This document shows, piece after piece, positions 50,692-59,860 of a stretch of DNA of 64,000 bases (positions are counted from its first letter, which is position 1; each line of letters starts with the position of its first letter). The translations under genes were made by a program, and so were the position numbers. This stretch comes from Dehalococcoidia bacterium (lineage in GTDB: Bacteria > Chloroflexota > Dehalococcoidia > Bin125). The notes beneath the pieces are model-generated. The model saw only the letters and a list, made by a program, of their open reading frames with translations. It did no database searches and had not been told where the DNA came from. The stretch covers positions 448,001-512,000 of the forward strand of contig CAXXSR010000002.1 in the NCBI GenBank assembly GCA_963662615.2, read 5' to 3'.

Positions 50692-51149
50692 CTCCGCACC
50701 TCCACGATCACATCCACCTCAACCGGCGCGCCTCCGGGCAGCTCGGCGACGCCCAAGGCGAGGCGGCTGCCGACGCCGTCGTCACCGAAGACGTCCCGGA
50801 ACAACTCCGAGGCGCCGTTGATCACTTCCGGTTGGCGCTGGAAGCCCTCGGCGGAGGCGACGTAGCCCGTCAGACGGACGAGCCGCACGACGCGGTCGAG
50901 CGAGCCGGTCAGCTGCGCCAGGATGGCCAGGCAGTTGACGGCCGCCTGGCGCGCGGCGGCGCGGCCTTCGTCGATCGATAGTTCACGACCGAGCTTTCCC
51001 CGGGCGGTGAGTTCGCCACCGGCGAGGTTGACCTGACCGGCCACGAAGACGAGGTTTCCCGTCTGGACCGCGAGCCTGTAGAGGCCGGCGGGCGTGGTTG
51101 GCTCAGGCAGTTCGAGGCCCAATTCCGCGAGGCGATCGATCGCAGCCAT
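50688..51149 (-). CDS. RidA/YjgF-family protein
   Basis: Y......G.LVFVAGQ, GK.G, INGASEL...VFG..G...R.A.GV..LP...PVEV. Confidence 0.9.
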   Translation of the reverse strand: MAAIDRLAELGLELPEPTTPAGLYRLAVQTGNLVFVAGQVNLAGGELTARGKLGRELSIDEGRAAARQAAVNCLAILAQLTGSLDRVVRLVRLTGYVASAEGFQRQPEVINGASELFRDVFGDDGVGSRLALGVAELPGGAPVEVDVIVEVRS

Positions 51150-51279
51150 ACGTGTCTCGATTCCGTTTGTGCCGCCATGGAGCCGAACCGTTCGGTGCGG
51201 CCGTCCCGCGCCGGAGCGCGATCCCGGCGCATGCTAGCGCACGCCACCGCACGCGGAGATCGGGGGGCTGTGGAGAGGG

Positions 51280-52179
51280 CTAGACGTGGATACGCTCCGG
51301 CGGGGCCGCGACCGGCTCGGCGGCAGCGCGCACGATGGCGTTGACGATCTGTTCCAGCTGCTCGTCGTCGTACCAGCGCACCTGGATGTGGCCGCCACGC
51401 CGGCCCCGGTGGACCTGCACTTGGGTCCCCAGCGCCGATTGGAGCCGCTCCTGCGCGAGTCGATCGCCGGGGAGGTCGCGGCGGCGGGCGGTGGTGGCGG
51501 GCCCCACAGAGCGCAGCGTCCGTGCCGCGGACTCCGCCTGGCGCACCGTGAGGTGGCGCTCCCGCACTCGCTTCCACAGCCGGATCTGGTGGTCGGGCGT
51601 GGGCGCCCCGAGGATGGCGCGGGCGTGCCCTTCACTGATCTCGCCGACGGCCAGGCTCATGCGGATGGGCGCCGGCAGTTGCAGGAGGCGCAGCGAGTTG
51701 GCGACGGCGACCCGGCTTTTGCCCACGCGTTTGGCCACCTGCTCCTGCGTCAGTGGCCCCTCCTCCATCAGGCGCCGGTAGGCGTGGGCTTCCTCCAACG
51801 GGCTGAGATCTTCTCGTTGAATGTTTTCCACCAAGGCGACGCTGAGCCGGTCGGCGTCCGCGAGATCGGTGATGAGGACGGGGACTTCCGTGAGCCCGGC
51901 CAGCTGCGCCGCGCGCCAGCGTCGCTCGCCGGCGACCATCACGTAGCGGTCGTCGGCGCTGCGCGCGACCAGGAGCGGTTGCAACACGCCGTGCTCACGG
52001 ATGCTGGCAGCCAGCTCCTCCAGCGCCGCGGCCTCGATGTGCGAGCGTGGCTGATCGGGATTGGGCTGAATGGCGGCGACGGGCAGCGTGCGGGGCGGCG
52101 CCGCAGCGTCCGGGCGCTCGGAGCGAGGATGGGGAATGAGGGCGTTGAGGCCCCGGCCGAGCGCGGGACGGGCGGTCAT
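51280..52179 (-). CDS. parB: Chromosome partitioning protein ParB/Spo0J
   Basis: LGRGLNALI, PNP.QPR, AGERRWRA, VENIQREDL, HTH GKSR..VAN.LRLL. Confidence 0.96.
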   Translation of the reverse strand: MTARPALGRGLNALIPHPRSERPDAAAPPRTLPVAAIQPNPDQPRSHIEAAALEELAASIREHGVLQPLLVARSADDRYVMVAGERRWRAAQLAGLTEVPVLITDLADADRLSVALVENIQREDLSPLEEAHAYRRLMEEGPLTQEQVAKRVGKSRVAVANSLRLLQLPAPIRMSLAVGEISEGHARAILGAPTPDHQIRLWKRVRERHLTVRQAESAARTLRSVGPATTARRRDLPGDRLAQERLQSALGTQVQVHRGRRGGHIQVRWYDDEQLEQIVNAIVRAAAEPVAAPPERIHV

Positions 52180-53054
52180 GGCGTTCCTCCTGGGACAAGA
52201 GCGTCAGGCAGGGGTGGAGCGGGGACCTCCTGGGCCGGGCGCGGCGCCGGAGAGGGGAGGACGCCGGTGACGGGCCGAGCGAGGTTCGCCGGGACGGCGG
52301 CGTCACGTCGGGCGACGAACTCGGCCGCCAGATCACGGTACGCCTCCGCGCCGCGGGAGGTGGGCGCGTACTGGAAGATGGTCTGGCCGAAGCTGGGGGC
52401 TTCGCTGAGCCGCACGGAGCGTGGGACCACGCAGCGGAACGTCTGGGGGAAATGCCGGCGGACGTCACGCACGATTTCTTGCGAAATGTTCGTTCTGGAA
52501 TCATACATCACCATGACAAGTCCGGCGATCTGGAGGTCCGGGTTCAGCTCCCGGCGGACGAGATCGATCGTGCGCGTGAGGTGCCCCAGCCCTTCCAGGG
52601 CCAGGTACTCACACTGCACGGGGATGAGGACGCCGTCCGCCGCGGTGAGGGCATTGAGCGTGAGCAGGCCCAAGAACGGAGCGCAGTCGATCAGGACGTC
52701 GTCGTAGGTGTCGCGGACGTGCAGCAAGGCCCGCCGCAGAAGGAATTCGCGCCCGTCCAGGGCGACAAGCTCCACTTCCGCGCCGGCAAGGTCGGGCGTG
52801 GCCGGGGCCAGCCAGAGGCCCGCTTCGCTCGTGGGCAGGACGGAGGCGGGCAGCGTGAGCCGCTCCGCCAGGACGTCGTAGAGGGTGGGCCCGCTGGGCC
52901 GGCGCAGGCCCAGCGCGCTGGTGGCGTTACTCTGCGGATCGCAGTCAATGAGGAGGACGCGCCGCCCGCTGCGGGCGAGGGCCGCGCCTAGGTTGATGGC
53001 GGTGGTCGTCTTGCCGACCCCGCCCTTCTGATTGGCGATAGCGAAGACCGCCAC
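52176..53054 (-). CDS. parA: Chromosome partitioning ATPase ParA/Soj
   Basis: ANQKGGVGKTT, D.DPQ.NAT, PVQCEYLALEGL, R.VRLSEAPSFG. Confidence 0.96.
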   Translation of the reverse strand: MAVFAIANQKGGVGKTTTAINLGAALARSGRRVLLIDCDPQSNATSALGLRRPSGPTLYDVLAERLTLPASVLPTSEAGLWLAPATPDLAGAEVELVALDGREFLLRRALLHVRDTYDDVLIDCAPFLGLLTLNALTAADGVLIPVQCEYLALEGLGHLTRTIDLVRRELNPDLQIAGLVMVMYDSRTNISQEIVRDVRRHFPQTFRCVVPRSVRLSEAPSFGQTIFQYAPTSRGAEAYRDLAAEFVARRDAAVPANLARPVTGVLPSPAPRPAQEVPAPPLPDALVPGGTP

Positions 53055-53074
53055 AGCTCCTCAGGCCGACCCCG

Positions 53075-54007
53075 CTACCGATCCCCACGGTACACAATCT
53101 GGACCGCGCGCGCATCACCTTCGCCGGCCGATTCGCTGCGCACGTCCGGGTCCTCCGCCAGGGCGATGTGGACAATGCGGCGTTCCGCGGGGGTCATGGG
53201 CTCCAGCGCGACCGTCTCACGGGTGCTGCGGACGCTGTCGGCGGAGCGGCGGGCAAGGGCGTTCAGTGACTCCTCGCGCCGGCGTTTGAAGCCGTCCACG
53301 TCCAGGGTGAACGTGTAGTTGCCCTCCAAGCCCTGGTTGACGACGAGATTGACGATGTACTGGAGCGCGGCAAGATGTTCGCCGCGGCGGCCGATCAGCA
53401 GGCCCAGGTCGTCGTCGGGACTGGCGGGGGTCACGTCCAGGACGGCAGTGGCATGGTCGAGACCGTCCATGGGCGTGGCGGGCTCGCGGCTGCTCACCGT
53501 GGCTTCCACCCCAATGAGGTGGAGCAGGTCGGTGAGGACGTTGGCCGCGTGTTGGGTGGGCTCGTCTTCGGGCTCGAACTCGGGGTCGGCCAGGAGTTCG
53601 AAGGGCTGCGTGTAGCGCTGCGGCAGCCGCTCCGGCGGCCGCTCGTCCCGCCGGCCTCGGGAGCCGCCCCGGTCCCCCTGCCGTCCCCCGCGGCGGCCCC
53701 GCCCCCTGCCTCCGCGATTCTGCTGTCGGGGCGGGGGCGAGTCCACCTCTTGAGCGTCGGCGTAGTCATCGATGCGGGGGAGCGGGCGGCCCTCAGCGGT
53801 CGGCTCTTGCGCCCCGCCGCCGGCGCCGATGGGCGTCACGCGAACGCGAGCGGAGGTGGCGCCAATGCCGAAGATGCCGGTGCGTCCTTCGGAGAGGACG
53901 GTGACTTCCACCTGCGAGCGTTGGAGGCCAAGCTCCCGCAGGGCTCGCTGGACGGCGCCGTCGACCGTTTTGCCGTTCAGTTCAAGGGCTTTATTTGGCT
54001 CTGCCAT
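53075..54007 (-). CDS. jag: RNA-binding protein Jag/EloR/KhpB
   Basis: Jag_N GKTV..AV..AL..LG, KH LIGRRGE.L.ALQ, R3H ERRIVH. Confidence 0.93.
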   Translation of the reverse strand: MAEPNKALELNGKTVDGAVQRALRELGLQRSQVEVTVLSEGRTGIFGIGATSARVRVTPIGAGGGAQEPTAEGRPLPRIDDYADAQEVDSPPPRQQNRGGRGRGRRGGRQGDRGGSRGRRDERPPERLPQRYTQPFELLADPEFEPEDEPTQHAANVLTDLLHLIGVEATVSSREPATPMDGLDHATAVLDVTPASPDDDLGLLIGRRGEHLAALQYIVNLVVNQGLEGNYTFTLDVDGFKRRREESLNALARRSADSVRSTRETVALEPMTPAERRIVHIALAEDPDVRSESAGEGDARAVQIVYRGDR

Positions 54008-54011
54008 CACG

Positions 54012-54968
54012 TCACTCGGACCTTTCTCGTGCGGCGGTCCCGCTGGAACGCCGCCGCCTGCGCCGCCGCCGCCTCGCCGCCGCAGCGTCGGCAGGGGCGC
54101 CGGCGGGCGTCGTGGCACGGTCGGGCGCTTCGTCAGGCTCGGGGGCTTCGGTGGGCTCGTTGGGCTCGTTGGGGGCGCCGGAGTCGCGCTCGGCAGCGGG
54201 CGCCGGCCCCGCAGGGGGTGTCGGGAGGCCTTCGAGAGAGATGAACCATCGCCAGGTCAAGTTTCGCGGTCGGTTGTAGAGGTACGCCAGTGCGACCCCA
54301 ACCACGCTGCTGGCGAGCCAGTAAACTCCCAGGCCGCTGGGCAGGGTGATGGTGAAGAATCCGATCATCAGCGGCATCATGTAGAGCATGGTGCGGTTCA
54401 TGGAGGCCTGTCGGTCGTCGCGGGCGCCGGAGCGGGAGGTACTGAATTTCTGCTGGTAGAAGGTCGCCACTCCGACCAGAATAGCGAGCGGGAATCCACC
54501 ATTAGCGGCCAGGTCCATAGTGAGGAAGTCCCGATTCAGGGGTACTGCCTGCGAGATGAAGTCCCAGTCATAGAGCCGCGAGGAGAGGCTCAGCAGCGCC
54601 TCGGGCGTGGTCCCCAACGTCCGCCGGATCACCTGGAAGAGCGCGATCAGGATGGGAAACTGGAGCAGCAGCGGGACAGCGCAGCCCAGAGGGTTGAAGC
54701 CCACCTCCCGGTAGAGCTTCATCATTTCCTGTTGCCGCCGCTTGGGGTCCTTGTACTTTTTTTGGATCTCCTGCAGTTGCGGTTGCATTGCCGACATGGC
54801 ACGCGTGGTGCGCAATTGGCGGATTGTCAGCGGGTAGGTGAGCACCCGGATGACGATAGTGAAGGCGATGATCGCCAACCCGTAATTGTCGAAGAGCGCG
54901 TTGGACAGAATGATCAGCGCGTTGATCATGGGGTTGATCAGCAGGTCGTTCCACAGGAAGTTGAGCAT
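54012..54968 (-). CDS. yidC: Membrane protein insertase YidC (short type, no large extracytoplasmic domain)
   Basis: YGLAII.FT..IR...YPL, QP....IQKKYK, NP..CA.P.L.Q.PI, PSGL.VYW. Confidence 0.95.
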   Translation of the reverse strand: MLNFLWNDLLINPMINALIILSNALFDNYGLAIIAFTIVIRVLTYPLTIRQLRTTRAMSAMQPQLQEIQKKYKDPKRRQQEMMKLYREVGFNPLGCAVPLLLQFPILIALFQVIRRTLGTTPEALLSLSSRLYDWDFISQAVPLNRDFLTMDLAANGGFPLAILVGVATFYQQKFSTSRSGARDDRQASMNRTMLYMMPLMIGFFTITLPSGLGVYWLASSVVGVALAYLYNRPRNLTWRWFISLEGLPTPPAGPAPAAERDSGAPNEPNEPTEAPEPDEAPDRATTPAGAPADAAAARRRRRRRRRSSGTAARERSE

Positions 54969-54979
54969 CTCGTCCGCTT

Positions 54980-56215
54980 CTAGGGGGCGGCCGCGAGCGG
55001 CGGGGAGCAGGCGCTCGCGGCTTCTTTAGCACGGAAGACGGGACAGACCACGTCCACGTTGACGCGCGCTTCGAACAACCGTCCGTCCTCGTCATTGATC
55101 AGGATGGCGTCGCCCCGGATCAGCGGGTCCGCCAGAACGTCGTCCGGCCGATCGTCCTCGGTGCCCTTCGTGGTCCAGATGCCGAGGCCGGTGGCCGGAA
55201 CGATGGCGTGGAACTCGGCCTTGCGGGTGACGATCACCAGCACAGCGCCGTCGTCGGTGAGGGCGGGCTGCGCCCGCACCGGGTCTCCCGCGTCGTAGGG
55301 GGCATCCCAGACCAGGCGGCCGGAGTCCACATCCCAGGCCCAGACCATCCCGGAGAGGTCGGCCGCGTAGACCGTTCCGTCCGCGACGAGCGCCGTGGTC
55401 CAGAACCAGTCGGCACCGAGTGCCGACCAGACCACGTCCCCCGTCTCGACATCGAGAGCGAAGAAAATGCTGTTGAAGTCCCCCAGATAGGCGCGACCCT
55501 CGCTCACGACGACGTTGCCGGCGATGGCCGCGTCGGTCTGGAACGTCCAGGCCAAGCGCCCCTCCCTCTCGATTTGCAGGGCGGAGACGCGGCCGTTCAG
55601 GCCGGGCACAAGGAGCAGTCCACCGTATGTGCGGGACTGGGCGAGATCCGGCGTGCCCCAGACTTCACTTTCCGGGTCGCAGAAGCTCCAGGTGGCGGTC
55701 CCAGGGCTCTCGGTATCGACCGCGTAGACGCAGCCATCCGTGGCGGTGATGTAGGCGGTGGTCCGGTCCGGGTCCACGATCACGCTGGCGACGACGCGCC
55801 CGTCAACGTCGAAGATGATGCGGGCGCTGGTCCCATCCGTTCGCACGGCGTAGACGGTGCCCTCGTCGTAGTCAGCCAGGATCAGCTCTTCGCCATCGGG
55901 GCCCAGGAGGGCGGGTGTGCCGTAGAAGCCGTGTGCATCCACGGGTTCCGTGAGGCCGGGAAAACCATCGTTCTCGCGCGGAAATTCCCACCGAACCGCC
56001 GCCTCGTCCAGGGGACGGACGCTAATGTCCAGGGCGGCGATGTGTTCCCGGTCCGTGCGGATGATGATCACGTCGGCGCCGTCGGCGTCGTCCAGGGTGA
56101 GCGGCGACGCCCAACCGTCGGGGTCGTTACTCACGCCGCAGGCGGTGATCAGGACGATGGCCGCCGCCAGCGGCGCCATCAGCCAGCGACGGTCGGCGCG
56201 TTTCACGTGAAACAT
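54980..56215 (-). CDS. PQQ-like (BamB-like) beta-propeller lipoprotein
   Basis: Signal peptide with ITAC lipobox; repeated A(L/V)D..(T/S)G...W blade motifs (ALDVETGDVVW, AWDVDSGRLVW). Alternative start GTG 56206. Confidence 0.85.
   Translation of the reverse strand: MFHVKRADRRWLMAPLAAAIVLITACGVSNDPDGWASPLTLDDADGADVIIIRTDREHIAALDISVRPLDEAAVRWEFPRENDGFPGLTEPVDAHGFYGTPALLGPDGEELILADYDEGTVYAVRTDGTSARIIFDVDGRVVASVIVDPDRTTAYITATDGCVYAVDTESPGTATWSFCDPESEVWGTPDLAQSRTYGGLLLVPGLNGRVSALQIEREGRLAWTFQTDAAIAGNVVVSEGRAYLGDFNSIFFALDVETGDVVWSALGADWFWTTALVADGTVYAADLSGMVWAWDVDSGRLVWDAPYDAGDPVRAQPALTDDGAVLVIVTRKAEFHAIVPATGLGIWTTKGTEDDRPDDVLADPLIRGDAILINDEDGRLFEARVNVDVVCPVFRAKEAASACSPPLAAAP
56199..56214. promoter_or_regulatory. 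parS centromere-like site
   Basis: CGTTTCACGTGAAACA, a 15/16 match to the canonical TGTTTCACGTGAAACA; about 3 kb from parAB. Confidence 0.9.
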
Positions 56216-56342
56216 GACCACCGTGGATGCCGGGCCGCAGCGGGAAGACGCAGGCGGGAGCCCGCCCAGCGTGTCGCCGCCGAGGGCGCGGAGCGGGCCG
56301 GACGTGGCGCGCGTCGGTCGTGCAGTGCGATCGCCGCTCCGT

Positions 56343-56624
56343 TCATGGCCGCGCCCCATGGCCTTTGCGGGACGCAAGGGGAGCCGCGCCCAAGGAAGCG
56401 ACGTTGTCCTGGTCCGCAACGGGGGGATCGTAGCCGCCGCGGTTGAAGGGATTGCAGCGAATGAGGCGCCAGACGGTCTTGATCCCTCCCCGGACCAGCC
56501 CGTACCGCGCAATGGCCTCCGCGCCGTATTCGGAGCAGGTGGGAGCGAAGCGGCAGGAGGGGGCGCGGTGGGGGGAGATTCGGGTCTGGTAGGCCCGGAT
56601 GAGCCGGATCGCCGGCGCTTTCAT
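56343..56624 (-). CDS. yidD: Membrane protein insertion efficiency factor YidD
   Basis: YQ..ISP, CRF.PTCSEY, R..RCNPF..GGYDP. Confidence 0.95.
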   Translation of the reverse strand: MKAPAIRLIRAYQTRISPHRAPSCRFAPTCSEYGAEAIARYGLVRGGIKTVWRLIRCNPFNRGGYDPPVADQDNVASLGAAPLASRKGHGARP

Positions 56625-56980
56625 ACGCCCCCTCCCCGCGGCAGCAGCCCGGCCTGGCGAAGCAGACTTCGCAGAACTCGCTCCAACTCTCGATACGAGG
56701 CGTCCCGCGCCCGCGCCCGCGCGATGACGACCAGGTCCGCCGCTCCCCGCGCCCCGCTTTGGCGCGCCGCCTCACGCAGGCGCCGCTTGAGCCGATTGCG
56801 CGTCACTGCCCCTCCCACGCGTTTCCCCACGACGAAGCCAAAGCGCGGCAGCGGCGCCTGGGCGGCGCCCGCCGGCAGGGGCCGGACGCGCAGAACTAGC
56901 GGGTCGTGCACGTATGCCTCCCCCGTCCGATAGACGGCGGCGAACTCCTGTCGACGTCGCAGTCGCTGGTGGCGGCGCAT
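56621..56980 (-). CDS. rnpA: Ribonuclease P protein component
   Basis: RL....[30 protein letters not shown]. Confidence 0.95.
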   Translation of the reverse strand: MRRHQRLRRRQEFAAVYRTGEAYVHDPLVLRVRPLPAGAAQAPLPRFGFVVGKRVGGAVTRNRLKRRLREAARQSGARGAADLVVIARARARDASYRELERVLRSLLRQAGLLPRGGGV

Positions 56981-57014
56981 AGAGAGATACGACCACGCGC
57001 CCGCAGCGCTCGGC

Positions 57015-57155
57015 CTAGACGACGGTGAGTCGCTTTCGCCCTCGCAGGCGGCGGCGCTTGAGCACCGAACGACCCGCGCGGGTTGACATTCGCTTGCGGA
57101 ACCCGTGTTCGCGCATCCGTGGAATTCGCTTGGGTTGCCAGGTCCGTTTAGGCAT
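57015..57155 (-). CDS. rpmH: 50S ribosomal protein L34 (not in the ORF track)
   Basis: Manual translation [46 protein letters not shown]. Confidence 0.97.
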   Translation of the reverse strand: MPKRTWQPKRIPRMREHGFRKRMSTRAGRSVLKRRRLRGRKRLTVV

Positions 57156-57203
57156 TGGCGCACCTGGAGGAGGTCACGAGCAAAGGAAGCTGCCGTTTGA
57201 GCC

Positions 57204-57231
57204 AGTATATCCGTTGCGCATCTGCCCGCAA
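57204..57231 (-). promoter_or_regulatory. Putative rpmH operon promoter
   Basis: Minus strand TTGCGG-N16-TATACT. Confidence 0.5.
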
Positions 57232-57268
57232 GCGAGAATGTGTGCCCGAGGGTCGTCTCGGCGCTCCC

Positions 57269-59758
57269 TCAGCCGGCGCCAGCGACGGGTTCCGGCGCGG
57301 CCCCCACCTGTCCGCTGACGAGGGTGGGGCCGGTTGTGCTGCCGTAGATGAAGCGATACCAGGCGTAGGCTTCCAGCACGCGGCGAAGGTACAGGCGTGT
57401 CTCGGCGAAGGTGATGCGTTCATAGTAGAGATCCGGATCGATGCTGAGGTCGTCGTTTGCCCAACGCAGGGCGTTGCCGGGCCCGCCGTTATAGGCGGCG
57501 AGGGCGAGCCAGGGCGCGCCATTGAAGCTGGCCAGCTGCCGACCGAGGTAGTAGGCCCCGTAGCGGATGGAGCGCTCGGGGCGGAAGAGCAGGGGCGATT
57601 CGAAGCCGTAGTCCAGCAAGGCGGCGGCGATCTCCTCTGCCGTGGGCGGGATGACCTGCGTCAGCCCTAGGGCTCCGGCACTGGATCCCGCCGCCGGATT
57701 GAAGAGGCTCTCTTGGCGGATGAGCGCGTAGAGCAGCAGCTCGTCCACGTCGTGCGCCTGCGCCTCCTGCCGCGCCAACGATTGCCAGCCGCGTGGATAG
57801 GCCCAGCGCAAAATCTCGGCGGGCGCATCCACTCGTTGCTGGGCGGGGAGCGACTCCAAGAGGCGCTCGGCGGCGCCCAGGCGTAGGTGGATGAGGCCCC
57901 GGCCTTCAAGATGCTGCCCGGACCGATACAGCAGCCAGGGGTCGTCTTCGGCGGCGGTGAGGTGGGCACGGAAGCTCTCCGCAGCAGACTGATTCATGCC
58001 CGCGCCGTGCAGGTCCAGGCCCGCCCGCCAGAGGGGGCCGGCCGCCAGCTGCTGCGTGGCGTCCGCGGATTCCGCGCCGACGATCCGGCGCAGCCAGGCC
58101 TCCGTCTGGTCCAAATCGGGGGCCGCAACGTCGGCGAGCGTGAATTCGCTCAGGAGCGGAGCCAGCGGCTCGGCGGCCAACAGGGCCTGCGCGCGGAGAC
58201 CGTAATAGGACATGGGGTCCAGTTGCATCGCCGTCTCATAGGCGGCCGACGCCCCGGCGGGGTCGCCGGCCCGCTCCTGTGTCTTGCCGGTCCAGAGCCA
58301 GGCTCGTTGCGCCTCAGGCAGGTCGGCCTGCCCCCCGGCAAGGGCCAAGAAGCGCTCCTCGGCCTCGTTGAAGTCGCGCTCCTGATAGGCGAGCAGCCCC
58401 GCGCGGAATCCCGCAGAGGGCCCGCGGTCAGCGGACGGGTAGGCGCTGTGGAGCCGCACGTAGACCACTTCAGCCAGCCCCACTTGGCCCTGATCCTCGA
58501 GCAGCTGGCCCGCCCACCAGAGCGCCTCGGGCGCGAGGGCCCCTTCGACGTCCAGATTGACGGCTGCCAGGTAGGCCTCGATCGCCTCCGCATCGCTCCC
58601 TTCATCTTCGGCGATGGAAGCCAGGTAGTACTGCGCCACTGCCTGATCGGCGGGCGCCGCGTCGTCGCTGAGCGCTTCTTGCAGCACGGCGCGCGCCTGC
58701 TCCGTGCGCCCTTGGCGATAGAGGAGAACGCCTTCCGTGAGCGAATCGATGCGAATCTGTCTGGCCAGCAGCTCCTCATACACCTCGCCGGCGCGCCAGT
58801 GGGCGGGGAATTCCGCCAGCAGCTGCAGCCAGGCGCTTTCGCCCCCGGCGGCGTCGCCCTGCGCGAAGGCGACGATGCCGATGCGGTGGAGCGCCAGCGC
58901 GTCGTCGGAGAGCCAGGGCGAGACCTCGTACAGCGTCTGATAGCGCTGGCGGGCAAGGTCGTAGCGTTCCCGGCTCTCCAGCAGGAGACCGGCCTCCAGC
59001 AACGCGCTCTCGACGCTGAACGCCGTGGCCGCGGGGTCCAAGGCGACGGCGTCGTAATCCTCCAGCGCCGCGTCGAAATCGGCGCTCGCGGCCAGGAAGG
59101 CGGCCCGCGCCAGTCGCGCGGCCGGCGTCGCCGCGCCGCCCGCATCGATGTAGCGCCCGTAGGCGTCGCCGGCCGCCCCCCGCTCGCCGAGCGCAGCCAG
59201 GATGCGACCTTCGAGGAGATCGAGGATCAGCGCGCCCTCTGCGCCCGCGGCCGCGAGCGCCGGCGGATCCTGCCTCAAGGTCAGCAGCGTTGCTTCGGCG
59301 TCCGCGTTGCGCTCCAGCTTGAGGAGGAGGCGAATCTGCTCCAGGTAGGCCTTGGCTCGGGCGCGCGATTCGAGCCCTTGGGCCGTTGCTCCCCGCAAGG
59401 CGACGGCGCGGGTGAGGGCGGCATCCTCCCAGAATCCGTCGCGTTCGAGATTGCGGGCTCGCTCCATGAGGATGCGGGTGTCCGTGGCGGACTGCGGCGC
59501 ATCCACGTGGATGGTCGCCCCGGCGCGCTCCACCGGCGCCGCCGGTTGGTCCACGAGCGCGGTGGCGGGGGCGGCGCCTGGCGCGGCCGGCTCCGTCTCC
59601 TCTTCACGATCCGGCGCCCCGCCGCAGGCGGCGGCGAGGATCACAACCGTGCTGAGGACAAGGACGAAGGATGGGGCGGCGCGTTTTGATCGTCGAAATC
59701 GGGCGGTGGTAGGATGCGCGCGAGTGGGCGGCGGGAAGTCCGGAGAACGAGCAGGCAC
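57269..59758 (-). CDS. TPR-containing Slt-type lytic transglycosylase lipoprotein (start uncertain)
   Basis: LAAAC lipobox, TPR helices, SYYG.RA, ALIRQES (catalytic Glu), GALGLTQ, AAYNGG, ETR.Y. Confidence 0.9.
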   Translation of the reverse strand: MPARSPDFPPPTRAHPTTARFRRSKRAAPSFVLVLSTVVILAAACGGAPDREEETEPAAPGAAPATALVDQPAAPVERAGATIHVDAPQSATDTRILMERARNLERDGFWEDAALTRAVALRGATAQGLESRARAKAYLEQIRLLLKLERNADAEATLLTLRQDPPALAAAGAEGALILDLLEGRILAALGERGAAGDAYGRYIDAGGAATPAARLARAAFLAASADFDAALEDYDAVALDPAATAFSVESALLEAGLLLESRERYDLARQRYQTLYEVSPWLSDDALALHRIGIVAFAQGDAAGGESAWLQLLAEFPAHWRAGEVYEELLARQIRIDSLTEGVLLYRQGRTEQARAVLQEALSDDAAPADQAVAQYYLASIAEDEGSDAEAIEAYLAAVNLDVEGALAPEALWWAGQLLEDQGQVGLAEVVYVRLHSAYPSADRGPSAGFRAGLLAYQERDFNEAEERFLALAGGQADLPEAQRAWLWTGKTQERAGDPAGASAAYETAMQLDPMSYYGLRAQALLAAEPLAPLLSEFTLADVAAPDLDQTEAWLRRIVGAESADATQQLAAGPLWRAGLDLHGAGMNQSAAESFRAHLTAAEDDPWLLYRSGQHLEGRGLIHLRLGAAERLLESLPAQQRVDAPAEILRWAYPRGWQSLARQEAQAHDVDELLLYALIRQESLFNPAAGSSAGALGLTQVIPPTAEEIAAALLDYGFESPLLFRPERSIRYGAYYLGRQLASFNGAPWLALAAYNGGPGNALRWANDDLSIDPDLYYERITFAETRLYLRRVLEAYAWYRFIYGSTTGPTLVSGQVGAAPEPVAGAG

Positions 59759-59860
59759 GGTGGTCCGTTCCTCTGCTCTGCCGCCGCACGGGCAGGATCT
59801 AGCCGATCCCAGCCGCCGCCGACGGTGTCTGCACCTTAGTTCGGCCGTGAGTGACTGTCC

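Noticed and set aside
57156-57268. oriC next to rpmH
   Set aside because: Short and GC-rich, with no DnaA boxes or AT-rich unwinding element, and no dnaA.
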